Assembly: GCA_002842095.1 (NCBI GenBank)
Contig: PHCB01000006.1
Coordinates: 206,044 to 270,043 of the forward strand
Reading direction: 5' to 3'
Origin: a candidate division BRC1 bacterium HGW-BRC1-1
Lineage (GTDB): Bacteria; Sumerlaeota; Sumerlaeia; Sumerlaeales; Sumerlaeaceae
DNA: 64,000 nucleotides
Shown: positions 9,820 to 19,855 of the stretch, in pieces
How positions within the stretch are numbered: position 1 is the stretch's first letter
Layout: each line of letters begins with the position of its first letter
The notes under the pieces: model-generated
What the model was told of the DNA's origin: nothing
Databases searched by the model: none
The model's input: only the letters and a program-made list of their open reading frames with translations
Made by a program: the position numbers and the translations under genes

Positions 9820-11397
9820 CTACTGTTTTTTCTCCGCATCCTTCTCTTTATCCAGAATCAGCACTGCGTCGTCGAAGCTGATTGGTTGCGGCGCCGCCAT
9901 TAGCATGCCGGTCAACGTGTAACGAAAATCGTCGCGGGTGCCATCCTGACTATCGCGGCCGGGGGCTATCAACACGCCTCCGTCCACGCTGGAGATGAGG
10001 AAATCATTCCCCCACTCATCTTTGGTTTCCTCCGCCGACAATACGTTTTTCGCCCGCAGGTCCCGCACGGTCATCGATGCCGACCGATCCTCCAAGTTTC
10101 GCCGATAGTCGATGATCTTGTTCAGGGTCGATTCCATGCGTCGTTTCGTGCCATTGACCCGTTCGGTATCCAGAGCCACCAGATCGTCTGGTTTCAGGGG
10201 TTTGGCTTCACCCTTGCGCCCGAAGGCACCCACGATTACCTGCGCCATCCACGACGGCTCTCCCCGTTCGGATGCGTGTTGAGCCTGCAGAAAACTTCCG
10301 CCCGCAATTATCAGAATCACTATGCCCACCAGCGTCAGCAGCACCACTTTGGCTTTCGGCGTGGGCGTTTCAGCGTCGGGCATTTCAGCCACGCTCACGT
10401 TCACAAACCCTTCCGTGAGGTAGGACGACGGCTGGTGTCCATCTTTGCCAACGGTGCCCTCGCTGGATTCCTGCGTAAGGCGGCGTTGTTCCTTCGCCAG
10501 ACGGTGCAGCTTGGCCGCTTCCAGGTTGCGGATCAGGCCCTCGTAGTTCTGATAGCGCTCGCCGGGGTCCTTGGCCATCATGCGCATGATGATTTCGCTC
10601 ACATCGCCGGGCACTTCCGGGTTGATGAGGTAGGGCGCCATGAGGGGCGTGTTCACGTGCTTCATCATGATGCTCATGGCAGAGTCGCCATCGAAGGGGG
10701 GCTGGCGTGTAACCAGCTCATAGAACGTGGCGCCGAGGGAATAGATGTCGGAGCGGTGATCGACCGACCGCGCCAGAGCCTGCTCGGGTGAGATGTAGCG
10801 GGGTGTGCCCACCACCATCCCGGTGGCCGTGAGAAAGGTTTTGTCGAAGATAGATTTCGCCAGTCCGAAGTCGATGATCTTCACTGTATCGCTGGGCGTG
10901 ACCACCAGGTTGCCGGGTTTGATGTCCCGGTGGATGATCGACTTGCGGAAGGCGGCCTCCAGCCCCTTGGCCACCTGAATCATGTAGTCACACAGGGTTG
11001 AATAGGGCAGCTCATCGCGGGCATTGCCCATGGCTTCCATCGACACCCCCTGGATGTACTCCATCACAATGAACGGGTTCTTCTCCTCGTCATACTCGAG
11101 GCCGTACATGCGGGCAATGTTGGGATGGTCGAGATCGGCGGCGGCGCGGGCTTCACGTTCGAAGCGCTTCAGAGTTTCGGGATCGGCATCCGTGGCCGCA
11201 TCTACCAGTTTCAGAGCCACCGTGCGCCCGTTTCGCGTATCCAGCGCCTTCAGCACTTCTCCCATTCCACCACGGCCCAGCACCGCCTGAACCTGATAAA
11301 ACCCGATGACGCGGTCTTGTCCGTCAGCGCCATCGTTGGCATCGGGGTACCCTGCGCCGCTTGTGAGTTTCAGTTCTTCGGGAGTGAATTCGTTCAT
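9820..11397 (-). CDS. Ser/Thr protein kinase (Hanks-type) with TM segment and extracytoplasmic C-terminal domain
   Basis: GRGGMGEV...ALK, HRDIKPGN, DFGLAK and GTPRYISPEQ motifs are present. A single TM helix follows the kinase domain. Confidence 0.85.
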   Translation of the reverse strand: MNEFTPEELKLTSGAGYPDANDGADGQDRVIGFYQVQAVLGRGGMGEVLKALDTRNGRTVALKLVDAATDADPETLKRFEREARAAADLDHPNIARMYGLEYDEEKNPFIVMEYIQGVSMEAMGNARDELPYSTLCDYMIQVAKGLEAAFRKSIIHRDIKPGNLVVTPSDTVKIIDFGLAKSIFDKTFLTATGMVVGTPRYISPEQALARSVDHRSDIYSLGATFYELVTRQPPFDGDSAMSIMMKHVNTPLMAPYLINPEVPGDVSEIIMRMMAKDPGERYQNYEGLIRNLEAAKLHRLAKEQRRLTQESSEGTVGKDGHQPSSYLTEGFVNVSVAEMPDAETPTPKAKVVLLTLVGIVILIIAGGSFLQAQHASERGEPSWMAQVIVGAFGRKGEAKPLKPDDLVALDTERVNGTKRRMESTLNKIIDYRRNLEDRSASMTVRDLRAKNVLSAEETKDEWGNDFLISSVDGGVLIAPGRDSQDGTRDDFRYTLTGMLMAAPQPISFDDAVLILDKEKDAEKKQ

Positions 11398-11553
11398 GAA
11401 ATAGCCGTGTTCCCGCTGCTTGCCAGAGGCCAGCCGCTATGATGATGAGATGCGCGTTGAGGGAGGAGGCACACTAACATCTCCTCCACACAATTTCGTC
11501 ACCGTGATCATGGAAAGGAATGAATCCTGAATCAAAGCAATTCCGACGGCAGA

Positions 11554-12576
11554 TTACAAAAAATTAGCCTTTGCAGCGGTGATCGCTATCACGTTTTCGA
11601 TGTCATCCACAGAGCATCCGCGCGACAGATCGTTCACGCTTTTCGCCAGACCCTGCAACACGGGCCCGATGGCTTCGGCCCCCGCGAGGCGTTGCACCAG
11701 TTTGTAGCTGATGTTGCCGGCATTGAGGTCGGGGAAAATGAGAACGTTTGCCTGCCCCGCCATGGACGATCCCGGAGCCTTGCGCTTGCCGATGCTCTCA
11801 ATGAGGGCGGCGTCGGCCTGCAATTCGCCGTCGCATTTGAGGTCGGGGCGAAGCTGGTTGACCAACTCGGCGGCCTCGCGCATGCGCGTCACGCTTGCGT
11901 GGGCGGCGCTGCCCTTGGTGGAGAAACTGAGCATGGCGATGCGCGGTTCGTAGCCGAGCAACTTCTGCATCATCTCCGCCGTGGCAATGGCGATGTCGGC
12001 CACCTGTTCTTTCGTCGGCTCAATCACCACCGCGCAATCGGCGAACATCATCACGCCCTGCTCGCCCAACGGGCAGTCGGGCACCACCATGACGAAATGG
12101 CTGGATACGGTTTTGATGCCGGCTTGCATGCCGATGCACTTGATGCTCGCCCGCAACACATTGCCCGTGCTGTTCACGGCACCGGCGGTCATGCCGTCGC
12201 CATCGCCCCGGGCCACGGCCTCGGCGGCAAAATAGAGGGGGTCGCTCATCACCTTGATGGCGTCTTCAGACGTCAGGTTTTCCTTGGCCCGCTTGGTGCG
12301 ATAGCTCTCCGCCATTTTGGACAGAAGGCTTTCGTCGGCGCGCGGGTCAACCAATTCCAGGGGGGTGATGTTCAGATTTTCGCCCTCAGCGATCGCCTCC
12401 ACTTTGGCGCGTTCGCCCACCAGCACCGGCAGCGCGAAACCCTTGCGTGCAACGGCAAGGGCAGCCTTCAAAGTGCGAACATCGTCGCCCGCCTCGGGCA
12501 GGTACACGCGCCGTTTCTTAACGGATGCGAGGGCGTAAATCTTCTCCTGAACAGCTTCAAGTCGGGTAGTCATCAT
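11554..12576 (-). CDS. pta: Phosphate acetyltransferase / phosphate butyryltransferase family
   Basis: 340 aa with Pta/Ptb family conservation throughout (LPEAGDDVRTLKA..., C-terminal SVDDIENVIAITAAKA). Confidence 0.8.
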   Translation of the reverse strand: MMTTRLEAVQEKIYALASVKKRRVYLPEAGDDVRTLKAALAVARKGFALPVLVGERAKVEAIAEGENLNITPLELVDPRADESLLSKMAESYRTKRAKENLTSEDAIKVMSDPLYFAAEAVARGDGDGMTAGAVNSTGNVLRASIKCIGMQAGIKTVSSHFVMVVPDCPLGEQGVMMFADCAVVIEPTKEQVADIAIATAEMMQKLLGYEPRIAMLSFSTKGSAAHASVTRMREAAELVNQLRPDLKCDGELQADAALIESIGKRKAPGSSMAGQANVLIFPDLNAGNISYKLVQRLAGAEAIGPVLQGLAKSVNDLSRGCSVDDIENVIAITAAKANFL

Positions 12577-12767
12577 GAGGGCCTATCATGCAGGTGAAAG
12601 TGAGGGTTTCAACCAGTTTTAAGGGCGCGAGAAGATGCACATATGTTTCATGTGTGGGAGACAGTGGTGACGTAAGGGAATGGGTCGCGCGTGCAGCACA
12701 CGGTGCAGGGTGGCGGTGGATGGTGCCGGTTGTGCGGCACCGTCACAATCCTTCGGAGGAATCTCCC

Positions 12768-12980
12768 ATGGTCAAAATACTGCTGGTCCTGCGCAAATTT
12801 TTCGCCAGTGCGCGCACGTTTATTTTTCTCAGCACCATCATCAGCGGTGCGGCGGCGTTGCACATCCTCAACCAGCAACAGGCCGACGCGCTACTGAAGG
12901 CGGCGGTCGAAATCGGCATCGCGTTCTTCGGCAGCACCTGGACCTACAGCGTAGGCCGGCGCGACATCGGCCAGCCCTAA
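12768..12980 (+). CDS. Small hypothetical membrane protein (70 aa)
   Basis: An ATG is preceded by GGAGGA about 8 nt upstream. The product has two hydrophobic helices. It sits in an otherwise empty 700-bp gap. Confidence 0.3.
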   Translation: MVKILLVLRKFFASARTFIFLSTIISGAAALHILNQQQADALLKAAVEIGIAFFGSTWTYSVGRRDIGQP

Positions 12981-13279
12981 CGCCTTTCCCGTTGTGGGAC
13001 CGGCCTCCTCGCCGGTTCCACTGGGAACGCTTTGTGGTGACCGATGAGGGCACACACGCAGGTCCGCCCCTACAAACGACGGATGCTCCCTCACGCATCG
13101 TAGGGGCGAACCTATGTGTTCGCCCAATCGCATGGGTGTTGGACTTCTTATAGATTTGGGGCTATCAGCAATCCGGCTGTTCCCTGAATCCCACCCGTCC
13201 CCCTTGGTATTTTTAACTGTCGATCCCAATATGTTTCCATATACTGGGGGCAGATGAAAACAGAGGCACCCGGTGGAGG

Positions 13280-14398
13280 TTGCAAGCCAACAGTTTGAGC
13301 GAAACCATGGAACAAGTCATCGAACTCAGCCAGTCTGAGTTGCTCGATTTTTGCGGGACCAACGATGAAAAATTGCGTGAAATTGAAACGCAATTCGGCA
13401 TTCGCATCATTCCCCGGGGCACCACGCTCAAGCTCCTCGGCACACCGGCAGAGGTGGGCCGCGCTACGAACCTCATCCAGAGCCTCGTTTCCTTTCAGCG
13501 CGGCAATCAATCGCTGAACAAGAAACAACGCCGCTACGCCATGGACAGCATCCGCGAAGACCGCGGCGAAGACCTGCGCCGCATCTTCAACGACCGCGTG
13601 GACATGCCCCACCGCCGCCGTCCGGTCTCTCCCATGACGGCGGGCCAGAAGCGTTATCTCGACGCCATCCGTTCCCACGATATCGTGTTTGGTATCGGCC
13701 CGGCGGGCACGGGAAAAACCTATCTGGCCATGGCCATGGCCGTGCATTACCTCATGAACAACCTCGTGCGGCGCATCATCCTGGTGCGCCCGGCTGTGGA
13801 AGCCGGCGAGAAACTGGGGTTTCTGCCGGGCGATATAGCCGCAAAATTTGACCCGTTTGTGCGCCCGCTGTACGACGCCCTGCAGGACATGATCGAGCCC
13901 GAGCACACACAGGCTCTCATCGAGAATGGCACCATCGAGATCGCGCCCCTGGCCTTCATGCGCGGGCGGACGCTGAACAATGCTTTCATCGTGCTCGATG
14001 AGGCTCAGAATACCACCCCTGAGCAGATGAAGATGTTCCTCACCCGCCTTGGCTACGACAGCAAAGCCGTGGTAACCGGCGATGTGACGCAGATCGACCT
14101 GCCCACCGGACGCGTCTCGGGTCTGGTGCATGTGCAGAATGTTTTGCAGAACGTGGAAGGCATTCGCTTCGTCGCGTTCGACGAAGGCGACGTTGTGCGC
14201 CACGAACTGATTCAGCGTATCGTGCGAGCGTACGAGAAGGCCGACCGCAATAATTCCCAACAGACCGAACTGCCGCTGACCACCGATCCCAGCCCGGCCC
14301 GGGACCGCGTAGCTTCAACGATGACAGATGTCGATGAGGATAACGCACAAACCACCGCCCCCGTGACGTCTTCCCCCTCGACGTTTCCGCTTGAGTAA
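13280..14398 (+). CDS. phoH: PhoH-like ATPase (PhoH/YbeZ family) with N-terminal KH-like extension
   Basis: Walker A GPAGTGKTY and Walker B/LDEAQN motifs are present. The start is uncertain: TTG at 13280 or ATG at 13307. Confidence 0.85.
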   Translation: MQANSLSETMEQVIELSQSELLDFCGTNDEKLREIETQFGIRIIPRGTTLKLLGTPAEVGRATNLIQSLVSFQRGNQSLNKKQRRYAMDSIREDRGEDLRRIFNDRVDMPHRRRPVSPMTAGQKRYLDAIRSHDIVFGIGPAGTGKTYLAMAMAVHYLMNNLVRRIILVRPAVEAGEKLGFLPGDIAAKFDPFVRPLYDALQDMIEPEHTQALIENGTIEIAPLAFMRGRTLNNAFIVLDEAQNTTPEQMKMFLTRLGYDSKAVVTGDVTQIDLPTGRVSGLVHVQNVLQNVEGIRFVAFDEGDVVRHELIQRIVRAYEKADRNNSQQTELPLTTDPSPARDRVASTMTDVDEDNAQTTAPVTSSPSTFPLE

Positions 14399-14440
14399 CC
14401 ATCGCTGTGCGGCCAGTCAATTATCTGGCTCAACGACTCC

Positions 14441-16726
14441 ATGGCAAACATCCTGAAAGCTTGGTCCCGGCAGCGTAAACGGGACCCCAACGAGGCGAAA
14501 CAGTCGCACCCCTCCCGCAGCCGATGGCGGCGGGCAGGTACGTGGGTGACTCTACTGTTGGTATGGGCCTGTATGGTCCTGCTCATTTCGCCCATGTTGG
14601 ACCGTCACCCTGATCTTCCCCGGCTCGACAGCGTGTGGAATGACCCGACTGTGGTGGCTCCGTTCGATCTGCTGGTGAGGGACGACACGGAAGCCGAGGC
14701 GGCACTGACCGACGACTCCCGCGCTCGCAAGGTTTTTACCTACGATCCGACTGCCGAAGCGGAAGCCCAGGCAGAGGCTACCACCCTCCTGAAAAACGCC
14801 CGCGAGGCCCGCTCGGCCAACCAACCGCCCGCCGCTTTCCATCGCGATGTGGTAAACCGCCTTGGGCTGGCCATCCGCCGCGACACGGCCGAGGTGCTCA
14901 TCTCCACGGCCAACAACCAGCGCACCGCTGTTGATCTTTCGGCGCTTCTGCGCCAACTTTTTGTGTTGCGTGGCATCAGCGCCGACAAACCGCTGCTGGA
15001 AGACGCCGCCGCCCACAAGCGCCTCAGCATTGTGGGCATGCTCAACCAAACCACCAGCGGACCGGTGGTGGCAAAGGTTCTCGCCTTTCCGGGCGAGGCT
15101 GCGGAATTCATACGTGGGCCGCTGGTGGAGTCCATAGAACTTTCGCCGCTGGTGCGTCAAGCCTACGCCGACATCATTACCCAACTCGTTCGACCCAACA
15201 TTTCCTTCAACCACGATGCGACCCTCGCCCAGCGCAAGGCGCTTGCGGCATCCCTGGTGAAAATGGTGCCGTTGGAAAAAGATGCCGTCATCGCCAAGAC
15301 CGGCGATGTTATCACGCGGTTTCAGGCAGCGGCTTTTTCGGCCATTTATCAAAGTCAGCTCGCCAACACGCTCATGCGTATCACGGCCAATGCGCTCCTC
15401 GCAGCGGTTCTCCTGGTTTTCATGATTCAATACACGCGTTCTTATCGAAAGAACCTCACCGCCACCTCGCGCAATGTGCTCATGGTGGGCATTCCGGTAT
15501 TGCTGGCGCTGGCGGCGGGTCGCTTCGCTTACAACCTCGATGGCACCAACCCGGTTCTCGCGTTCCTTTTCCCGGCCGGCATGGTGGCCATGTTGGGAAC
15601 CATACTCTTCGGCTCGCGTTTCGCGCTCATTCTCACCACCCTGTCCAGCCTGCTGCTGGGCATCCTCACCGACTACTCGCTGCAATGGACGCTGATTGCG
15701 CTGCTGGGCGGATGGACGGCCATCGGCGGGCTTTACAATATTCGTGAGCGGCGCGAGGTTCTGATGGCCGGCGTGCGTTTGTCGCTGATCAACTGCGTCG
15801 TCATCACCGCGGTGGGCCTCTCGGTGTTTCCCACTGTTCTCGGGGTTCAGGCGTACTTCGCTGCCGTGCTCAACGGTCTCGCATGTTACGTGCTCACCAT
15901 CGGCATGCTGCCCATTTTCGAGACGCTCTTCGGCATCACCACCGATGTGCGCCTGATGGAACTCACCAGCACCAACCACCCGCTCCTGAAACAACTTCAA
16001 GAACGCGCCCCCGGCACTTTCCAGCACGTTCTCAGCGTGACGAAACTGGCCGAGCAGGCCGCCGATGCGATCGGGGCAAACTTCCTGCTGGTGCGCGCCG
16101 GAGCGTACTTCCACGACACCGGCAAAATGGTGAAACCGAAGTACTTCACCGAGAACCAGGTCACGCCCGAAGAGCGCCGCATTCACTCGAAATTAACGCC
16201 CTACATGAGCACGCTCATCATCAAGAACCACGTGAAGCAGGGCATGGAGATTGCCAGGAAGCACCACCTGCCGCAGAAGGTTGTGGATTTCATTCCGCAG
16301 CATCACGGCACGTCGCTCATCAAATATTTTTACATGCAGGCCAAGGAACGCAGCGATCTGGGTGAGTTCCCGGAGGATGAATTCCGCTACCCCGGCCCGC
16401 GTCCGCAAACGCGCGAGGCGGCCATCGTCATGATCGCCGACAGCGTGGAAGCTGTGGCCACCGCCAAGCTGAACAAACCGGTCATTACCGAGGACGACGT
16501 GCGCAAGCTCGTGCTCGATACCGTCATGGAGAAATTTGGCGACCATCAATTCGATGAAGCGAACATGACCATGCGCGATCTGCACAAGATTACCGAGAGC
16601 TTCATTGCCAGCCTGATGGGGCGCTACCATCACCGCATTGATTACCCCACGCCGGAGAAGCGGGAGACGCGCGACGTCACCTATGCCGAGCCCCGCGTGG
16701 AGGCTCCGGTTTCCGTCGCTCGCTGA
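14441..16726 (+). CDS. 7TM-receptor-with-intracellular-HD hydrolase (PgpH/YqfF-like HDIG phosphohydrolase)
   Basis: An N-terminal extracellular region and seven TM helices are followed by a C-terminal HD domain (YFHDTGK, HHGTSLIKYF, ADSVEA). It is syntenic with phoH. Confidence 0.85.
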   Translation: MANILKAWSRQRKRDPNEAKQSHPSRSRWRRAGTWVTLLLVWACMVLLISPMLDRHPDLPRLDSVWNDPTVVAPFDLLVRDDTEAEAALTDDSRARKVFTYDPTAEAEAQAEATTLLKNAREARSANQPPAAFHRDVVNRLGLAIRRDTAEVLISTANNQRTAVDLSALLRQLFVLRGISADKPLLEDAAAHKRLSIVGMLNQTTSGPVVAKVLAFPGEAAEFIRGPLVESIELSPLVRQAYADIITQLVRPNISFNHDATLAQRKALAASLVKMVPLEKDAVIAKTGDVITRFQAAAFSAIYQSQLANTLMRITANALLAAVLLVFMIQYTRSYRKNLTATSRNVLMVGIPVLLALAAGRFAYNLDGTNPVLAFLFPAGMVAMLGTILFGSRFALILTTLSSLLLGILTDYSLQWTLIALLGGWTAIGGLYNIRERREVLMAGVRLSLINCVVITAVGLSVFPTVLGVQAYFAAVLNGLACYVLTIGMLPIFETLFGITTDVRLMELTSTNHPLLKQLQERAPGTFQHVLSVTKLAEQAADAIGANFLLVRAGAYFHDTGKMVKPKYFTENQVTPEERRIHSKLTPYMSTLIIKNHVKQGMEIARKHHLPQKVVDFIPQHHGTSLIKYFYMQAKERSDLGEFPEDEFRYPGPRPQTREAAIVMIADSVEAVATAKLNKPVITEDDVRKLVLDTVMEKFGDHQFDEANMTMRDLHKITESFIASLMGRYHHRIDYPTPEKRETRDVTYAEPRVEAPVSVAR

Positions 16727-16772
16727 TTCGCCGGCCGCGAGCGTTCGCAGTCACAAAATCATTTGCATATAG

Positions 16773-18266
16773 ATGCCACAGCGCGTTGAACCGCTCCCTT
16801 GCCTTGAAACCACGAAAAGTCGTAACTCTGGCGTTTCAACCCCTTCGAAAGCAGCACATGTGAAAATGAGCCAAAGAACTCCTCACCACTTCGTACCAGG
16901 CCCGACCTACGATGAAATGGCTAACCCCACGATTCTGCCTGCTCCGCTGCGTTCGGCGGCGGCCGCCGCCCGCGCCAACGAAATGGATCCGTTGAACCTG
17001 TTCAATATTAATTGGATTGGGTCCGACGACAAACCCCGCTGCGTGGTGCTGCCCAAATGTCTCACGCGCACGCGGGCGAACATCGTGGTCATGCTGGGTC
17101 GAGGGTTCCCCAGTGGCTCGCACAAGGTGGGCCCCGCCTATGCCACCATGGCCGAGAGCGAAGTGCTCGACATGGTGCGCCCCGACATGATCATGGTCGG
17201 CCCCTCCACGGGTAACTTCGGCATAGGCACCGCATACGTTTCGAACCTGAAGGACTACCCGTGCCTGGTGGTGATGCCCAAGGGCATGAGCCTGGAGCGC
17301 TATGAGCGCATCCGCAAATATGGCGGCGAACTCGACCTCACCCCCGGCACCGAGGCGGACGTCTGTCTGGTGCTCGACCGTGTGATGGAAATCCGCAAGA
17401 ACCCGAAACTTTTCGTGCTCGCGCAATTCGAGCTGATGCCCAACTACCGGTTCCATCGCCATGTGACCGGCCGCGCCTGTCTGGAAGCGGTGAAGGGTGT
17501 CGGCAACGGTGGTGTGGCGGCATTTGTCAGTGCTCCCGGCAGTGCAGGCACGCTGGCTGCCGCAGATGCCATCAAGGCGGTGCATCCCGGCGCGTTCACC
17601 GTGGCAGTGGAGCCGAAGGAATGTTCCACGCTCTACAACGCTGGCACGGGCCAGCACCGCATCGAGGGAATCGGCGACCAGATGGTCGTGCTCATTCACA
17701 ACGTGGGGCTGACCGATTACGTCATGACCATCCACGATGACGAGACCGTAAAGGGTCTGAAGGTGCTTCATGATGGCGCAGAGATGCTGCGTCGCACCTG
17801 TGGCGAAGGGCCGTGGGAATGCCTCGCGGAAGTTATCGGCATTTCGGGCGTGTGTAATATCCTCGGAGCCATCCGCACCGACCGGCACTTGAACCTTGGC
17901 GAGGATGACAACATCGTCACCATCGCCACGGACGGCTTCGACCGTTACCCCAGCGTGATGACCGACTTGGAGCGACGCGTGGGCGTCACCATCACCGAGG
18001 GCATGTTGGAAGATTGGTACGGCGATATTTATCAGCATTACTCGCCCGATGATTTTCTGGACCTGCGCCCGGCGGCCCAGCAGCAGCGTCTGTTCGAGCA
18101 GAAGGAAACCGTGTGGACCCGCTACGGCTACACGCGGGAATACCTCGATGAGATGCGCAGCCAGGATTTCTGGGAGAAGGAATACGGCCGTGTGCCCGAG
18201 ATGAACGACCGCATCAAAGAGTTCCGCTCGCAGCATCTCCCGCCCGACAACGACCTCGGCCTGTAA
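16773..18266 (+). CDS. PLP-dependent enzyme, fold type II (TrpB-like / cysteine synthase superfamily)
   Basis: GSHKVG is a Lys-containing PLP motif resembling TrpB GxHKxN. A GNFG glycine loop is present. The true start is probably internal, for example Met at about 16863. Confidence 0.5.
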   Translation: MPQRVEPLPCLETTKSRNSGVSTPSKAAHVKMSQRTPHHFVPGPTYDEMANPTILPAPLRSAAAAARANEMDPLNLFNINWIGSDDKPRCVVLPKCLTRTRANIVVMLGRGFPSGSHKVGPAYATMAESEVLDMVRPDMIMVGPSTGNFGIGTAYVSNLKDYPCLVVMPKGMSLERYERIRKYGGELDLTPGTEADVCLVLDRVMEIRKNPKLFVLAQFELMPNYRFHRHVTGRACLEAVKGVGNGGVAAFVSAPGSAGTLAAADAIKAVHPGAFTVAVEPKECSTLYNAGTGQHRIEGIGDQMVVLIHNVGLTDYVMTIHDDETVKGLKVLHDGAEMLRRTCGEGPWECLAEVIGISGVCNILGAIRTDRHLNLGEDDNIVTIATDGFDRYPSVMTDLERRVGVTITEGMLEDWYGDIYQHYSPDDFLDLRPAAQQQRLFEQKETVWTRYGYTREYLDEMRSQDFWEKEYGRVPEMNDRIKEFRSQHLPPDNDLGL

Positions 18267-18351
18267 CGCCCGGACGCAAATGGCAGGTTGACCGCGCGCA
18301 TTCGGGTCGGGAAAACCAACCCATCAGAATAGCCGCACCCCGAGGAGCCGC

Positions 18352-18912
18352 ATGAGCAAGGAGCTGTATCTCAAGATCACGCGTCCGCAGAACGTATGCG
18401 TCAAATGTGGTGCGGCCATCAATCAGGAGGGTCGACACCCGTCAGCGATTTTTTCCTCATCAACCCCCTCGGCGGCCGGCAGCGAAGAGGACGAGTCGGT
18501 GCTGAGGCAGGATTTCTGCCCCGACTGCTGGCTGGAGGTTGTCGGCACAGACTATTACAGCTTCTGGCTGGCGAAACGCGAGCGCCCGAAAACGCGCAAG
18601 ATTCAGAACCGCAAAGAACGCAACATCACGATGCTGGCGTATTTTGATTATATGTACCAGCAGAACGATGCAGTGAACGCGCAGCATCTCTTTTTTCTGG
18701 CGCACCTTTTGATGAAGTTCTCGGTTTTCAAATGGGTGCGCACCGAGCCTGCGGTGACTGCAGAAGGGCGCGAGCGCGTGGTATTTCGCAACGTGGTGAC
18801 GGACGATTACATCACCATCGAATCCGTCACCATGGACGAAGAGCGACTGGTGACCATCAAGCGCGAGATCGATGAATTCCTCGCGCGCGCTGTGATTGAA
18901 GTTCAGCCCTGA
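18352..18912 (+). CDS. Hypothetical zinc-ribbon protein
   Basis: CVKCG...CPDCW forms a CxxC...CxxC motif. A GAGGAG RBS lies upstream. No family was recognised. Confidence 0.45.
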   Translation: MSKELYLKITRPQNVCVKCGAAINQEGRHPSAIFSSSTPSAAGSEEDESVLRQDFCPDCWLEVVGTDYYSFWLAKRERPKTRKIQNRKERNITMLAYFDYMYQQNDAVNAQHLFFLAHLLMKFSVFKWVRTEPAVTAEGRERVVFRNVVTDDYITIESVTMDEERLVTIKREIDEFLARAVIEVQP

Positions 18913-18922
18913 GGGGCGGGCG

Positions 18923-19762
18923 TTAAACCTGAGCGGGTGGCTCGGGAGGCGGCTGCTGGATGGCCGGTTTTTGTGGTGCAGCTGTGTGAGGCGCGTCCAC
19001 CGTGGGCGATGTGTTCATCATGCTGGAGAAAGTTTTCATAATTTCCATGGGGAATGGGAAAACAATCGTGGATGATTTCTCGGCGGAGATTTCCACCAGC
19101 GTCTGCAGATAGCGCATCTGCATGGACATGGGGTGCGCGGCCATCATGTCGGCAGCCATGACCAGCTTTTCCGCTGCCTGATATTCGCCTTCGGAGGCGA
19201 TGACCTTGCCGCGGCGCTCGCGTTCGGCCTCGGCCTGACGGGCCATGGCGCGCTGCATTTCCTGGGGCAGGTCGACCTTCTTGATCTCCACGTGAGAAAC
19301 TTTCACGCCCCACGTATCAGTCTGTTTGTCGAGAATGCTCTGTAGCTCAACATTCAGCTTCTCGCGCTCACTCAACAGCTCATCCAACTCGCACTGGCCC
19401 AGCACACTGCGCAGCGTAGTTTGCGCCATCTGGCTGGTGGCGAACATATAATCCTCCACGGCGGTGATGGCGCTGTTGGGGTCGAGCACCTGGAAATACA
19501 CAACGGCGTTCACATGCACCGATACATTGTCGCGGGTGATGATGTCCTGCGGAGGAACGTCGAGGGTGATGATGCGCAGGCTGACGCGCACCATGCGGTC
19601 GATGGGAAAGTAGATCAGCACGAGGCCGGGGCCTTTGACATCTTTGACCAGGCGGCCAAGCCGGAATACCACGGCGCGTTCGTATTCGTTAAGAACCTGA
19701 AAGCACTTCGAGATATAAATAACGACCAGTACGATGATGACTAAAATTGCTTGAATTGGCAT
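18923..19762 (-). CDS. SPFH/band-7 (stomatin-like) protein with Pro-rich C-terminus
   Basis: An N-terminal TM helix is followed by the stomatin signature ([10 protein letters not shown]...[17 protein letters not shown]). The start is set at the Met preceded by a GGAGAGG RBS. Confidence 0.8.
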   Translation of the reverse strand: MPIQAILVIIVLVVIYISKCFQVLNEYERAVVFRLGRLVKDVKGPGLVLIYFPIDRMVRVSLRIITLDVPPQDIITRDNVSVHVNAVVYFQVLDPNSAITAVEDYMFATSQMAQTTLRSVLGQCELDELLSEREKLNVELQSILDKQTDTWGVKVSHVEIKKVDLPQEMQRAMARQAEAERERRGKVIASEGEYQAAEKLVMAADMMAAHPMSMQMRYLQTLVEISAEKSSTIVFPFPMEIMKTFSSMMNTSPTVDAPHTAAPQKPAIQQPPPEPPAQV

Positions 19763-19855
19763 GGCGCTGAGTTCCTCTCCGGACGGTTGTTTACCGTTTG
19801 CCATGCAATCAAAGGTTGAAGCCGGTGGCAAGAGAATCCGGACTCGCTCTTTTTT

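Noticed and set aside
11398-11553. GGAGGAG(N12)CTCCTCC hairpin downstream of pta
   Set aside because: There is no U-tract on the relevant strand, and the assignment as a terminator is ambiguous.
13148-14260. 370-aa ORF on the minus strand
   Set aside because: It is antisense to the PhoH gene, which has clear Walker motifs. Such phantom ORFs are typical of high-GC DNA.
14552-16186. 544-aa ORF on the minus strand
   Set aside because: It is antisense to the 7TM-HD gene, and its Arg/His/Gly-rich composition is typical of a wrong frame.
16836-18236. 466-aa ORF on the minus strand
   Set aside because: It is antisense to the PLP-enzyme gene and is low-complexity His/Arg/Gly-rich.
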